The notes below the pieces were generated by a model. That model did no database searches, was not told the DNA's origin, and was given only the letters and a program-made list of their open reading frames with translations. A stretch of 63,210 nucleotides of DNA, the filler included, from Rhabdomonas costata (Eukaryota): the NCBI GenBank assembly GCA_019059605.1. It is 45 parts of 45 records of this genome, joined end to end, with 100 filler letters (N's around TTAATTAATTAA, not from the genome) between each part and the next. Parts side by side here need not be neighbours in the genome. Positions count along the whole stretch, not along the records: positions 11,250 to 12,556 come from JAHMHO010019876.1; positions 12,657 to 13,963 come from JAHMHO010019877.1; positions 14,064 to 15,370 come from JAHMHO010019878.1; positions 15,471 to 16,772 come from JAHMHO010019879.1; positions 16,873 to 18,179 come from JAHMHO010019880.1; positions 18,280 to 19,581 come from JAHMHO010019881.1; positions 19,682 to 20,988 come from JAHMHO010019882.1; positions 21,089 to 22,396 come from JAHMHO010019883.1; 37 more parts are not named here. One strand, written 5' to 3'. Positions 11,397 through 21,618 of the stretch are shown one piece after another; position 1 is the first letter of the stretch; each line of letters begins with the position of its first letter. The position numbers and the translations under genes are program-made.

Positions 11397-12551
11397 TCAA
11401 GTCGTCCGACCGTGCCTTGCGCTCGCAGCCAGGGCAGCCTTCCTCATGACCTCCCACAGCACCTGGTTCCCCAACAGGGCCTCCACCCTGGAAAAACCCA
11501 CCACACACTCCTCCACGTCCAGAGGGTTCATTCGAACCACCATCTCGGGGATGACCTCCGCAAGCACCTCCCAAAGGGGGGAGTTCCTCACTGCACAAGT
11601 CCGGGCGAAACCCCCCACACAGCTCGCGAGAGCCCTGGGGTTGAGCTGCCTCGCCATGGATGCGGTCACCTCGGCCAAGGCCGACCAAAGAGCTTCGTCC
11701 TCAGTGAGGTGCATCACTCTGGACAGCCCAGAGACACAGCTGGCAACATCAAGAGGGTTCATCTGGGGTGCCATGAACAGCACCCCTCCCCGCAGGGTAG
11801 CCCAGAGATTCTGGTGAGCGTGAAGAAATCCAATCTTGGAGAAGCCACTTGCACAGTTGGCAAGGTCTATGGTTTTCATCAAAGGGAGGACACCCTGGGA
11901 AGTCTTCCCAAGGACCCCCCACAATTCCCGGTCATCCAACAGAAGCGGTACCTTCGAAAAGCCCGTAACGCAGCTTCCGAGATTGTGAGGCGTCATCGTC
12001 ATCTCATCCAACAAAAGAAGAGCTACCCTGCGTAGAGTACTCCACAGCGGCCAGTCTTCAAGCAGAACCTCGGGCTTCGAAAGCCCATTAACGCAGTTGG
12101 AGACACCCTGGGGACTCATCTGTGCCGCTGAAGAGGTGACAGTCTTTCCTAGCAACTCCCACAAGTCGCGGTTGCCCAGCAGAGATTCGACCTTGGAAAA
12201 CCCATTCACACAGAGCGCAACGTTTTGTGAGCTCATCTTCTCTGCAAACGAAATCACTGCCTTCACAAGGACACCCCATAGACTCTTTTCTTCGAGAAGG
12301 CCGTCGACTTTCGCGAAACTATTCACGGAAAGTGCAAGAACTGTCGGTTCCATGCTATGCACCATGTCCATGGAAACGTGAGCGAACGCTTTCCATAAAT
12401 CATTGTTATCCAGAAGCAGTCGGATTCTTGAAAACCCAGAGGCGCAGGCCGCGAAATCCTGTTGGGACATGTGGCTCAGCGATAAAACAGCCGCCTCCCC
12501 AAGAGTTTTCCACAGGGCCCTGTCCCCCGCTGCACTCCCAACCCTGCACAA
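11397..12551 (-). CDS. Intronless helical-repeat protein with nine ~39-aa repeats plus a partial tenth (HPR/OPR-like), 5' truncated
   Basis: The 384-codon ORF has the repeat consensus LW..L.........MxPx.LAxCVxGFSK...LL.... Spacing between LW dipeptides is 39,39,39,39,41,39,39,38,39. It ends in TGA. Confidence 0.85.
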   Translation of the reverse strand: MCRVGSAAGDRALWKTLGEAAVLSLSHMSQQDFAACASGFSRIRLLLDNNDLWKAFAHVSMDMVHSMEPTVLALSVNSFAKVDGLLEEKSLWGVLVKAVISFAEKMSSQNVALCVNGFSKVESLLGNRDLWELLGKTVTSSAAQMSPQGVSNCVNGLSKPEVLLEDWPLWSTLRRVALLLLDEMTMTPHNLGSCVTGFSKVPLLLDDRELWGVLGKTSQGVLPLMKTIDLANCASGFSKIGFLHAHQNLWATLRGGVLFMAPQMNPLDVASCVSGLSRVMHLTEDEALWSALAEVTASMARQLNPRALASCVGGFARTCAVRNSPLWEVLAEVIPEMVVRMNPLDVEECVVGFSRVEALLGNQVLWEVMRKAALAASARHGRTT

Positions 12552-14070
12552 CCCCCNNNNNNNNNNNNNNNNNNNNNNNNNNNNNNNNNNNNNNNNNNNN
12601 TTAATTAATTAANNNNNNNNNNNNNNNNNNNNNNNNNNNNNNNNNNNNNNNNNNNNAGTTCACGCAGTTCAGCAGATGCTCAAAGGTGGTGCAGGTCAAG
12701 TCGTGCAGACTGTAGTGATTTCAGATGTGCAGAAGTGCAGAAGTCAATGGAAGCGCAACCCATCGGACGTCGGAGCAAGAGCACCAAAGCGTCCAGTTTG
12801 GGGAGGTCACAGAGGAGGGCGGAGGGTCGGTTGACTTCGTTTGCTTGCCTGCTTGTTTGCTTGGGTGCTTGTTCTTGCGTTCCAAGAATAGAAACTCACT
12901 GGCTTGGAGTCGAAAAAGGTCAACGAGGAGGGGGGGGGCGGTCTTGGCTACTTTTTGCGAACATGCACCAAGATCCTGCGCACTTACAACCACGACACAC
13001 AAAAAACTTCCTATGGACCCTTGCTACAGACTATTGTTTTTTTCTGTTGACGATTCCAACGAAAAAAGCACGCGAGTCACAATGCTGTAAAACTTGACCA
13101 ATCTTTTGCGATCTTTTGCATTTACTGCCTGAATACCAGAGGTGTTATATCGCTGCCCCCACCCGTCCCGGCTGCAAGGTTGTCATTCATCATCCCCAAC
13201 ACCGCTAAAATGGGAAAGGGGAGTGGGAAATCGTTTTTTAAGAGGGAAGACATTCATGAATGGTACATGACACCGCGATCTCAGATGTTTCAGGTATTTC
13301 AGCCTTGTGAACACGCAAGAGCACTGAAGAAAAAACAAAAAACTTGAACGAACATCCCAGGAGCAATACGGACATCCCGAAATTGAATTATCCACCGAAA
13401 CCAAGAACTTTTCGGCGGAACCATTCGGTCAATATTTTTGATCAAAACCAATTTGATCGAATGATTGGAAACTTGTACTGATCGAAAATTAATCACTAGA
13501 CACGTCTTTTTTAGTTGGGCGCTTCTTCCGTTTTCTACTGCTTCGTTTTTTTCTATTTTGTCGAGCTTGCTTGAGTCGTCGCACCCCGGGCCCTTAATGA
13601 CAGCGAGCTTGGATGAACCAAGGTGTGAATTGCACAAAGAAGCAAGGGGGGAACCCGCCCACGGTCTCCGTTCTCTCGCTCCTCCCCCTTTCTGCTCATA
13701 CAGCATTGGTGAGTCCTTACCATTCCCCCCGCACTTACACTGTTCCAAGGTCTAGCAGGTTATCGTCTGTTTTTTCCAAAGCGATGGCCCCCTTTTAAAT
13801 CGAGTTTTCTGAGTTATTCCAGTTCGACCCGTATGTACTGGGTGTTAATCTTTTTTTTCGGTTGTCAACCTGTTGAAACGGTGTTATGCTTTTTGTTTTC
13901 GTTTCCGTGAGGCAAAAACCCCACCTTGCCTTCTCACTGCAACCTTGAAAGGGACACCCCACANNNNNNNNNNNNNNNNNNNNNNNNNNNNNNNNNNNNN
14001 NNNNNNNTTAATTAATTAANNNNNNNNNNNNNNNNNNNNNNNNNNNNNNNNNNNNNNNNNNNNGTGGGGT

Positions 14071-14182
14071 TTTTTCTAACCGCTATGACAAGATTGCACC
14101 GTGTTTGGGTGCGCGTTTGGATTAGAGGATTTTTCTAACCGTTTTGACAAGATTGCACCATGCCTAGGTGCGCGTTTGGATT
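14071..14182 (+). repeat. Two diverged copies of a 59-bp tandem unit
   Basis: tttttctaaccg.t.tgacaagattgcacc.tg..t.ggtgcgcgtttggatta at 14071 and 14130. Confidence 0.9.
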
Positions 14183-14538
14183 AATCTGGCTTCTGGGAAG
14201 AGTTCATGATATCAGGCCTTGCCTCATGCCTCCTTTATCGACAGCAAGAACCTTTATCAGTAACCATGGCAATGAAGGGGTGAAACGGACGCCCACAGAA
14301 GCGGTATTGACGCATCAAAACTGCGTCACAAAATGATAGGAGTACGTTTACGGGGTATGTAGTGAATTGTTCCTGTTTTCAATTCCATTTGCTCAGGCCA
14401 CAATTTTCGCATGACCCTGGAGAAGTGACCCATTTCGGTCCTTTCAGTGCAGGACACACGTGGCAACCCCGAAAGGGTGCCACGCAGCGGGTTTGACATC
14501 AGAATACAAACCAACAATTACACCAAGAAAAAAGTAAC

Positions 14539-15276
14539 CTGTTCCTCGACTGCCCTCCACTGCTGCAGCCACCGCAGCAGCGTAGCGTTTCGCTGCCGGA
14601 CATACGCCCGGTAGGTTCGTTGAATGGTGGCCGCCGCGCTCACGCTGCACGCGTAGCGGCGCATCTGAAACAAACAGCACCTCAAAATGCGGTCATGCGA
14701 TGATTAAAGAGCACAGCACATTGCCTAACAATATCACAGCCGATGAATACCCCACTTTTGGTGACCAGAATTTTCAGGAGGGGAAAAGCAAGGAATGAAA
14801 CGTTCCCCAAACACCCCACGTTCCCCCCGACAAACACGACATCTCAACATGCTCAGGAATCTCAGAACTCCGAACTCTCTTCCTGATGGCTGCACAAAAG
14901 AGGAGCTTCCACCTCCAAGGCGAAGGAGATTCTGTGGTACTCCCGGAGATGCTTGGCAAGCAAAAAGGCCACGGTGTTGGTGGCTTGCTGCAGCCGCTTA
15001 GAGTCCGCCTTCTGGAACAATACCAAGTCGACCTTGCAGGGAGAACTTGAGCAGAGAGAGCAGAAGAACAGCATGGGAGGAAAAGGTGCAAGATTCTAAC
15101 ACTCCGTCATCCGGAATAAATCCGGAATAAAGATATAATGGCTACTAAATCGTAAAAAGCAGCACCTGGAGTCTTCCTCAGAAATTGCCCTCGACCTTGG
15201 TGCAGGCCGAGTGGAGTCGGCCAGAAACGACACCTCGGAAAATTCCATCGAAGTAATTACTTCCCCACGGGAAGTA
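14539..15276 (-). CDS. IQ-motif (calmodulin-binding) protein fragment; exons 15196-15276, 14913-15032, 14539-14664
   Basis: Three phase-0 GT-AG exons join to give YFPWGSNYFDG...ACTK|VDLVLFQKAD...RISFALE|MRRYACSVSAAATIQRTYRAYVRQRN...WRAVEEQ. AATIQRTYRAY fits the IQxxxRxY motif. Confidence 0.65.
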
Positions 15277-17104
15277 CTGTAAGTCGTCAAACGCTTGTTC
15301 CCTTGCTCCCTTCGGTCTCGGATGAAGAGGCTGGTAAAAAGACAAACCTAGCTGAATCGAAACACCCAAANNNNNNNNNNNNNNNNNNNNNNNNNNNNNN
15401 NNNNNNNNNNNNNNTTAATTAATTAANNNNNNNNNNNNNNNNNNNNNNNNNNNNNNNNNNNNNNNNNNNNTGTTTTGGTGGTTGCATACGGTCGTGAGAA
15501 GCACGGAGCGCCGATTCTGCGATTGACGGTCTGCAGCCGTTCCTGCAGAAACTGGTTGCACAAACCCGTCCTAGCAGCAATAGTCCCCCAAGATTAAGAA
15601 ATGAGCATAAAGCGGCAGGTTACCAACATAAAATTCTCGTGCATCAACAAGCCGAAACCTTTTGGAAACCAGCCGGAAGGGAATTTTGGAAAAGTGTTTG
15701 ACGTGTTGGGTTTGACTCCGCTGACTTGAATTCGTGCGGCTTTGAGGCAAAGAGGATTAATTCCCTGATAAAATCAATAGCAAAGCTTTTTACTGCTTCA
15801 CCTTCCGCATCTTCCCGGCTCATCGACATACATCAAAGCCCTTGTTGCACATTGCCAGCAGAACAGTCTCTGGGCGAGGGTATGGCAACAGTCCCGTGTA
15901 CAGGCTGTCGTTGAGCAGTGCAACCGTTCCCAACTGCTGCGTAATCACAGTACCCGAGAACGAGCCCCCACATATGAAGAACGGAAAAAAAACCTCCCCA
16001 CCTTGCACCCCCGATAATGCCCGAATTTGCGCAAACCAAACAATTTTGCACCGGGGTCATTTTAGGGGCTGAAACCCCCCCTCTGAATTAAGCAACTCTT
16101 GACCTCTTCAGAGTGCAATCCGATTGAGCAACTTTCTCTCGAGCCAAGACAAAACCCTGCACACCGGGTTGAGTGGACTGCTGCCCAAGGTAGTAATTCG
16201 CCCAGTACCCCTGATCAATCTCTGTTCCAGCGTCGTACAAGAACAGTGGAATGCTCGCGTTCCACCTGTCGTGAACCACCAAGAAGCAGGTCCAGCCCGA
16301 AAAATACCTTAGCATCACGAGAGAAGGGCTGGGGCTTCACAGCGATAACGAAAGTTTGTGAGGAGAAAAGTAAACACAAGAAAATTAGGGAGAAAAGGTG
16401 TGTGTTTGGAAGTAAGTCTCACTTTAGGAAAAGTCTTAGCCCACAGAAAGGCGAAAAATCATGAAATAATGTCCTCGTTTCCCATGTGTCTGAATTATTT
16501 GGGTTGCTTTCTCAAAATCGTTTCTCTCGTCTTGTTTTTCTATTTTCTCATCCTGTTCTTTCTTTTTTTTTTTTGGAAAGAAGGAATATCCGATCCCGTG
16601 ATTATATTCTCAAACGGATAGCTCTTTCAGGCAGTTCGAATTTACAGTACACCCCCCCCATTCCGCCCCTCTAAAATACATTGGATTTCCACTGGCGTCA
16701 AACAAGCTGTAGCCTGCCGGAGCCGTGGAGAAGAAGAAGTCATTGGAGCGCTGGAACATCACACCACAAAAANNNNNNNNNNNNNNNNNNNNNNNNNNNN
16801 NNNNNNNNNNNNNNNNTTAATTAATTAANNNNNNNNNNNNNNNNNNNNNNNNNNNNNNNNNNNNNNNNNNNNTGTTGGTTTTTAGAGTATTTGTGTTGAC
16901 ATTAGGTGGGAGTTGGTTTAGGGTTGGGGATGGGTTTGAGTTGCCAGTGTGGCCTTTGTCCGACACCCCATGCGGACATTTTTATCTATAATGGAAAGAA
17001 GATACGCACTGCTACAGCCTATGAATACCCTGCATTATCGCAGCAACCGGTGCACCGGTGCCGCCCCAATGTTTGTGGTTTTTGTTGGGTGTTTGGGTTG
17101 CCAG

Positions 17105-17906
17105 CGCGGCCTTTGTCTGCGGTGAACCTGGCCTGCCCAGAGGTCTTCGTGAGCGGGCTGCTTGGGGCAGCATTGATCTTCCTGTTTAGGTGACGCTCCT
17201 CTTCCTTTGTGCAGTTTAGGTGAATGAATGAATACTCCTTAACGTCGGGTGGATTGCTAAACATATATCTCATGCAGATGTGGCCTGTAAATTTTGCAAG
17301 TTCAAAAGGTCTTGGGTGGTTGGCTCCGAAAATGGCGCGTTCTGAATTTTCTCCGGTTTTGGGGCAATTCAAGAAATATCTCGCTTGGTTGCCTGGTTCC
17401 CAAAAACCGCCCTTCGTGGATTTAATTGCACACCTAGTCTGTCCTAGCGTTCTTTGAGAATGTTTACGGGCGGTTTTATAGCAGTCTGAAGGTATGGGAT
17501 GGCCTGAACAATTGCTGGTTGGAAAAATAGTGTTTACCTTTCGATGGAAAGGATTTTGTTGAATCTCCGTGAATTTCACGAGATCACACATCTCTTCTGT
17601 GGCGCATTTTCTTCTGCAATTCTTCTTCTTAAGTTCTTTTAGGGCTTTTCCTGTGTTCGCTCAGTGGCGGATGATTTGGCGTTGAATCTTCTTCATTCAT
17701 TGCAAATGTGGTCCAATGTGATTCTGTGGCCCATCTTTTTCCAAGCCGTTTATTTGTTCGGCGCCTAATGTACTTTGGGTGTCATCGCTTTCTCCGTGTG
17801 GTGGGTCGATACTTTCCTGTACTCAGCGCGTGGGCCATGGCTGCCGTGGGGAAGACCGCATCGGAGGTCGTGACGGAGGTCCGTGAGCAGTTCACTGACC
17901 GCCCGG
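17105..17906 (+). CDS. H+-translocating inorganic pyrophosphatase (V-PPase, AVP2-like) fragment; exons 17105-17189 and 17827-17906
   Basis: Spliced AVNLACPEVFVSGLLGAALIFLFS|AWAMAAVGKTASEVVTEVREQFTDRPG matches the conserved 'PEVF.GGLLGA.LIFLFSAWA.AAVG.TA.EVV.EVR.QF..RPG' segment of type II H+-PPases. Confidence 0.9.
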
Positions 17907-18822
17907 GTACGCGCGCTCTCTCTCTCTTTCTCGTTCCGATCAAAGGGCTCAGGACGTTACTGGTGTCTCTGGACATCATGCCGATCAAGTTGGTTTGTTT
18001 TCCTACAACGTGTACACGGGTAGGATGCTGTTCTCACTATATTTTATAAAATTTACACGCAGCCATAGTGTTGGCCTGCAACAGATGCAATATTGAATGG
18101 GGATGGAGTTCCTGGTAGCGAGAGACGTTTCTGCGTCCTCCCTGAGACAGGATCTAGGTCTTGCAGGCGGGGGGGGGGGNNNNNNNNNNNNNNNNNNNNN
18201 NNNNNNNNNNNNNNNNNNNNNNNTTAATTAATTAANNNNNNNNNNNNNNNNNNNNNNNNNNNNNNNNNNNNNNNNNNNNGTTCTCTGTGCTGTACCGTGT
18301 TCCTTTTTGGCTGGCATTCTTGCAGTTGACCCTTCCATTCATAGACCACGATTACCGCTTCCACTGCTCACACACACACACTGCACCGCAACAGGGCGGT
18401 TTCCAGCATCCTTTTGTGAAACACTCCCCTCTTGAGCCTTTGTGTGTGTGTCAAGGTTTCTTCCCAAGTGTGTGTGTGTGTGTGCGTGCGTGTGCGTCCG
18501 TTTTAGACGCCGATGCAAAGGGTTGTGGGTGGGTTAAAAATCACTACAAGAGCCAAATAAAGCGCAACTTCAACAGCTCGAGAGCCTATCCGACAAAGGA
18601 GATGCAGATGTTCGGTTTCTGTAGTGCACGACAACCATTGCAAGGAGAAGCCAGGATTCCCATAAATTCCTCCTTGAGCCCTTAAAATTTGGTTCGCGAG
18701 ATTGGTATCGCCTTTTCGGGAGGGTTTCCAAAAATCTTCTTTAAAATTTGTACCCGAGTCAGTGGGGATCCGTGGATAAAGCAGGGCAACCCAAAAGGAA
18801 AGAAAGGAAAGAACTCTCATAC

Positions 18823-19060
18823 CAGTACCGCGACCTCCTCGCGGTTGCTCAGGCAGCTCAGGAGCTCAGCCACGGGCGGGGTCTCTAGGTCCACCACCGC
18901 CAGCTCCGCCACTCGAGCGAAGCTCGCTAGGGCCACCGGCACGGCGTACCGCTCCAGCAGCCCCTCCAGCGCCCACACCACGCTCACGATGGGCCCCCAG
19001 TGCGAGCGGTGGCGGGCCTGGAACTCCACAAACTCCGTCGAGGTGTCCTCCGTGCGGCCC
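18823..19060 (-). CDS. Internal exon of an IQCH-like protein
   Basis: AG/GT-bounded exon GRTEDTSTEFVEFQARHRSHWGPIVSVVWALEGLLERYAVPVALASFARVAELAVVDLETPPVAELLSCLSNREEVAVL. It resembles the conserved region just upstream of the IQ motif in protist/algal IQCH homologues (recalled similarity, not searched). Confidence 0.55.
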
Positions 19061-21332
19061 CTGTGGTTGCCGTTAGTTTTTCTTTTGCCCCCCGCCCCTT
19101 CTTTTTGCACATGTTGCTCGCTATCGTGGTCACCTTTGGTTTTTAACGCACCTTCACATGGATGGTATACGCCGGCGGGAGGGCTGCGCGGCTCTGCAAA
19201 GGAGGAACATGAACGAGTCTGACTGTCTGAACTTGGCCATGACTTTGCAGGGCAGCAATTAAAAAAACAAAAGTATGGGAGAAGGGGACAAAAAGGACCA
19301 CCGCATGGAGACACCATTCTCATACAACTGCATACAGATTAAAGAGAGCAGAGAGTAGGGAAAGGCAGAGTTGCACAGGGCTTCTTCGCGCAATGGACGA
19401 ACAACATGTCACAACAGGAGAACAGGAACAAAAGCAGAGCACAAGAGAAAGCATCTTCGTGAGAGGAAAAATAAAGCCGTTTCAGAGTGTTCAGGAGGCA
19501 TAATCACCCCCCCTCCCAAAGAGTCTCCCAAAGAGGTAGACTCCCATCGAGAACCCAGGAGTTAAGTGCTCATGAGATACANNNNNNNNNNNNNNNNNNN
19601 NNNNNNNNNNNNNNNNNNNNNNNNNTTAATTAATTAANNNNNNNNNNNNNNNNNNNNNNNNNNNNNNNNNNNNNNNNNNNNGGGTTGGGTGGGGGGGGTA
19701 ACGATTACCACTGGTAACGGTTACCAGTGGTAAAATTCTTTAAAATTCTTTATGGGAGCAAGTTTTAAAGTCGTTCAAGGCCATCCGGCAGAACGTGGAA
19801 ATAGGCCGGTGGGTTTTCCCCTTTGCAGAACAAAAGACGAGGCCTCTCACTGACCCTGTGGAGGGGTTCGGGGGCGAATCGCTGGAGGAGGGGATCCGCA
19901 CCCTGGCAAACCCCCAGCAGTGGTGCCATCACTACGAGTACGTCTACAAGACAGGTTCCCGCCGTCCTTGCCACACCCATTCTCTTTGATTTCTTTCCCC
20001 CGTCTTTGGTGGACCTCTCTTGTTATTTACTTCTGCTTCTGCTTCCACCTTTCTCGATTATATTGACAGCTTTGAAAGCTCCTTTTGTTTCCTAGCGATA
20101 CCGTCAACGTTGCTGCTTTTCTTTGAAACAAGCTTCGCCTTATGCTGGGTGTCCCATATAAAATGTCCCGATATTATTTTTGAATAAAGTCCATACGGCC
20201 CCTGCTTGGGTATGGGTTGTGGATGAAATTGAGGACTGATGCTAGGCCATTTTGCGTGAAGCCAAAAGACTTCAACCTTCAGATCTTTAAACCATCAAGA
20301 TTGCTTGGTAACTGAGGAGGCAGGCTCGTCTTTATGTGCCCACGCACACCAAGGCATTGACGACCTGGACGGGCAATCGGGCCGAGTGCGCGAAGACCCG
20401 TCTTGAATTGACCCCATGAAGTCGAGGAGGAGAGATCCTGTGACCGAGGTGGTCAGGACCGTACCCCTGTTGGAAATCCTTTGCCGGGGAACTGTGAAGG
20501 CTGTGAAGGCGGGACACTGCCTCGAGGCACACGGTGTATGAGGAGTGGTGACGTCTTGCTGGTACCAGACCTGGAGTCTGGGGGAGGGAAAAACTCTGTA
20601 AGAGTGTGAAAGGCAGCACAGCCTTTATCTATCCACTAGACGGAAGACTGATCAAAACAATAAGGCAACAACTGTTATGGGGAACGGAAAGGAAGGAGTT
20701 CCTTCCCGCCTCCTTTCACCATAACTCAAGAAACGCACACACTCTCTCTGTGTGCAGAACAAAGCAAAGGCAACCCCACAAGAGTCTTAGGGACAATAGC
20801 AACACCTGGACTTACCCCGAAGGTGAGTAATCCATGGAGCAAGGAGTTCCCGTGAAGCATACCCCAAAACAGCTCTCAAAAAACCACCACATTTTCCATA
20901 CAGTAGTCAGTCACCAACGGTCCACACAAAGCCGAGACAGCCTGATGTCCATAGCAGCTGCACATATGTGCCCTGACACACCCACCCCNNNNNNNNNNNN
21001 NNNNNNNNNNNNNNNNNNNNNNNNNNNNNNNNTTAATTAATTAANNNNNNNNNNNNNNNNNNNNNNNNNNNNNNNNNNNNNNNNNNNNAATCAATCAATC
21101 AAGAAAACGAGAACATCCAGATCTTGCATGGAATGGGGGCTGCAAACTGATGACACACTGACGATGCCCAAATGAACCAAATTCTAGCAAGCCTACAGTT
21201 TCAAATTCAAGCTTACGTCCATTTCAAAATGTAAAAATTCACCGTCATTAATTCACTCACGGTCCACTAATAGCGTTGTAAAAAAAAATTGAGACCATCG
21301 ACAGTTCTCTAGCTTTCAGCAGAGGGCAGAAC

Positions 21333-21618
21333 CTGAGTGCGACATAGGAAGCGTGCTGGTCATCTCAGGACCGACCCAAGAGAGGCCCTTCCACACCCAT
21401 GAGCCGATCACCCCACAAGAGTCTGTGGCCCCCACATAGCATAATGCCGACAAGACGAGCCCTAGGCACAAGCCAACTATGAGGATGATAAGCGTGGCGC
21501 GGAGAAGCGGGTGGTTGTAGGAAAAGGTACTAGAGGGCTTCTTGGTGGGAGTTGTTGGGGAGAACGAAGACGGGGCACGTGCGGAGGAGGGGGAAGGCTT
21601 GGACCGCAAAGGGAGCAT
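21333..21618 (-). CDS. First exon of a probable type II membrane protein
   Basis: MLPLRSKPSPSS... Ser/Pro-rich tail, then the hydrophobic helix ATLIILIVGLCLGLVLSALCYVG. A polypyrimidine tract lies upstream and a GT donor at 21332. Confidence 0.5.

Noticed and set aside
15471-16772. Several exon-like minus-strand segments (e.g. YFSGWTCFLVVHDRWNASIPLFLYDAG...)
   Set aside because: They could not be joined in consistent phase and no family was recognised. The region is possibly coding but is unsupported.
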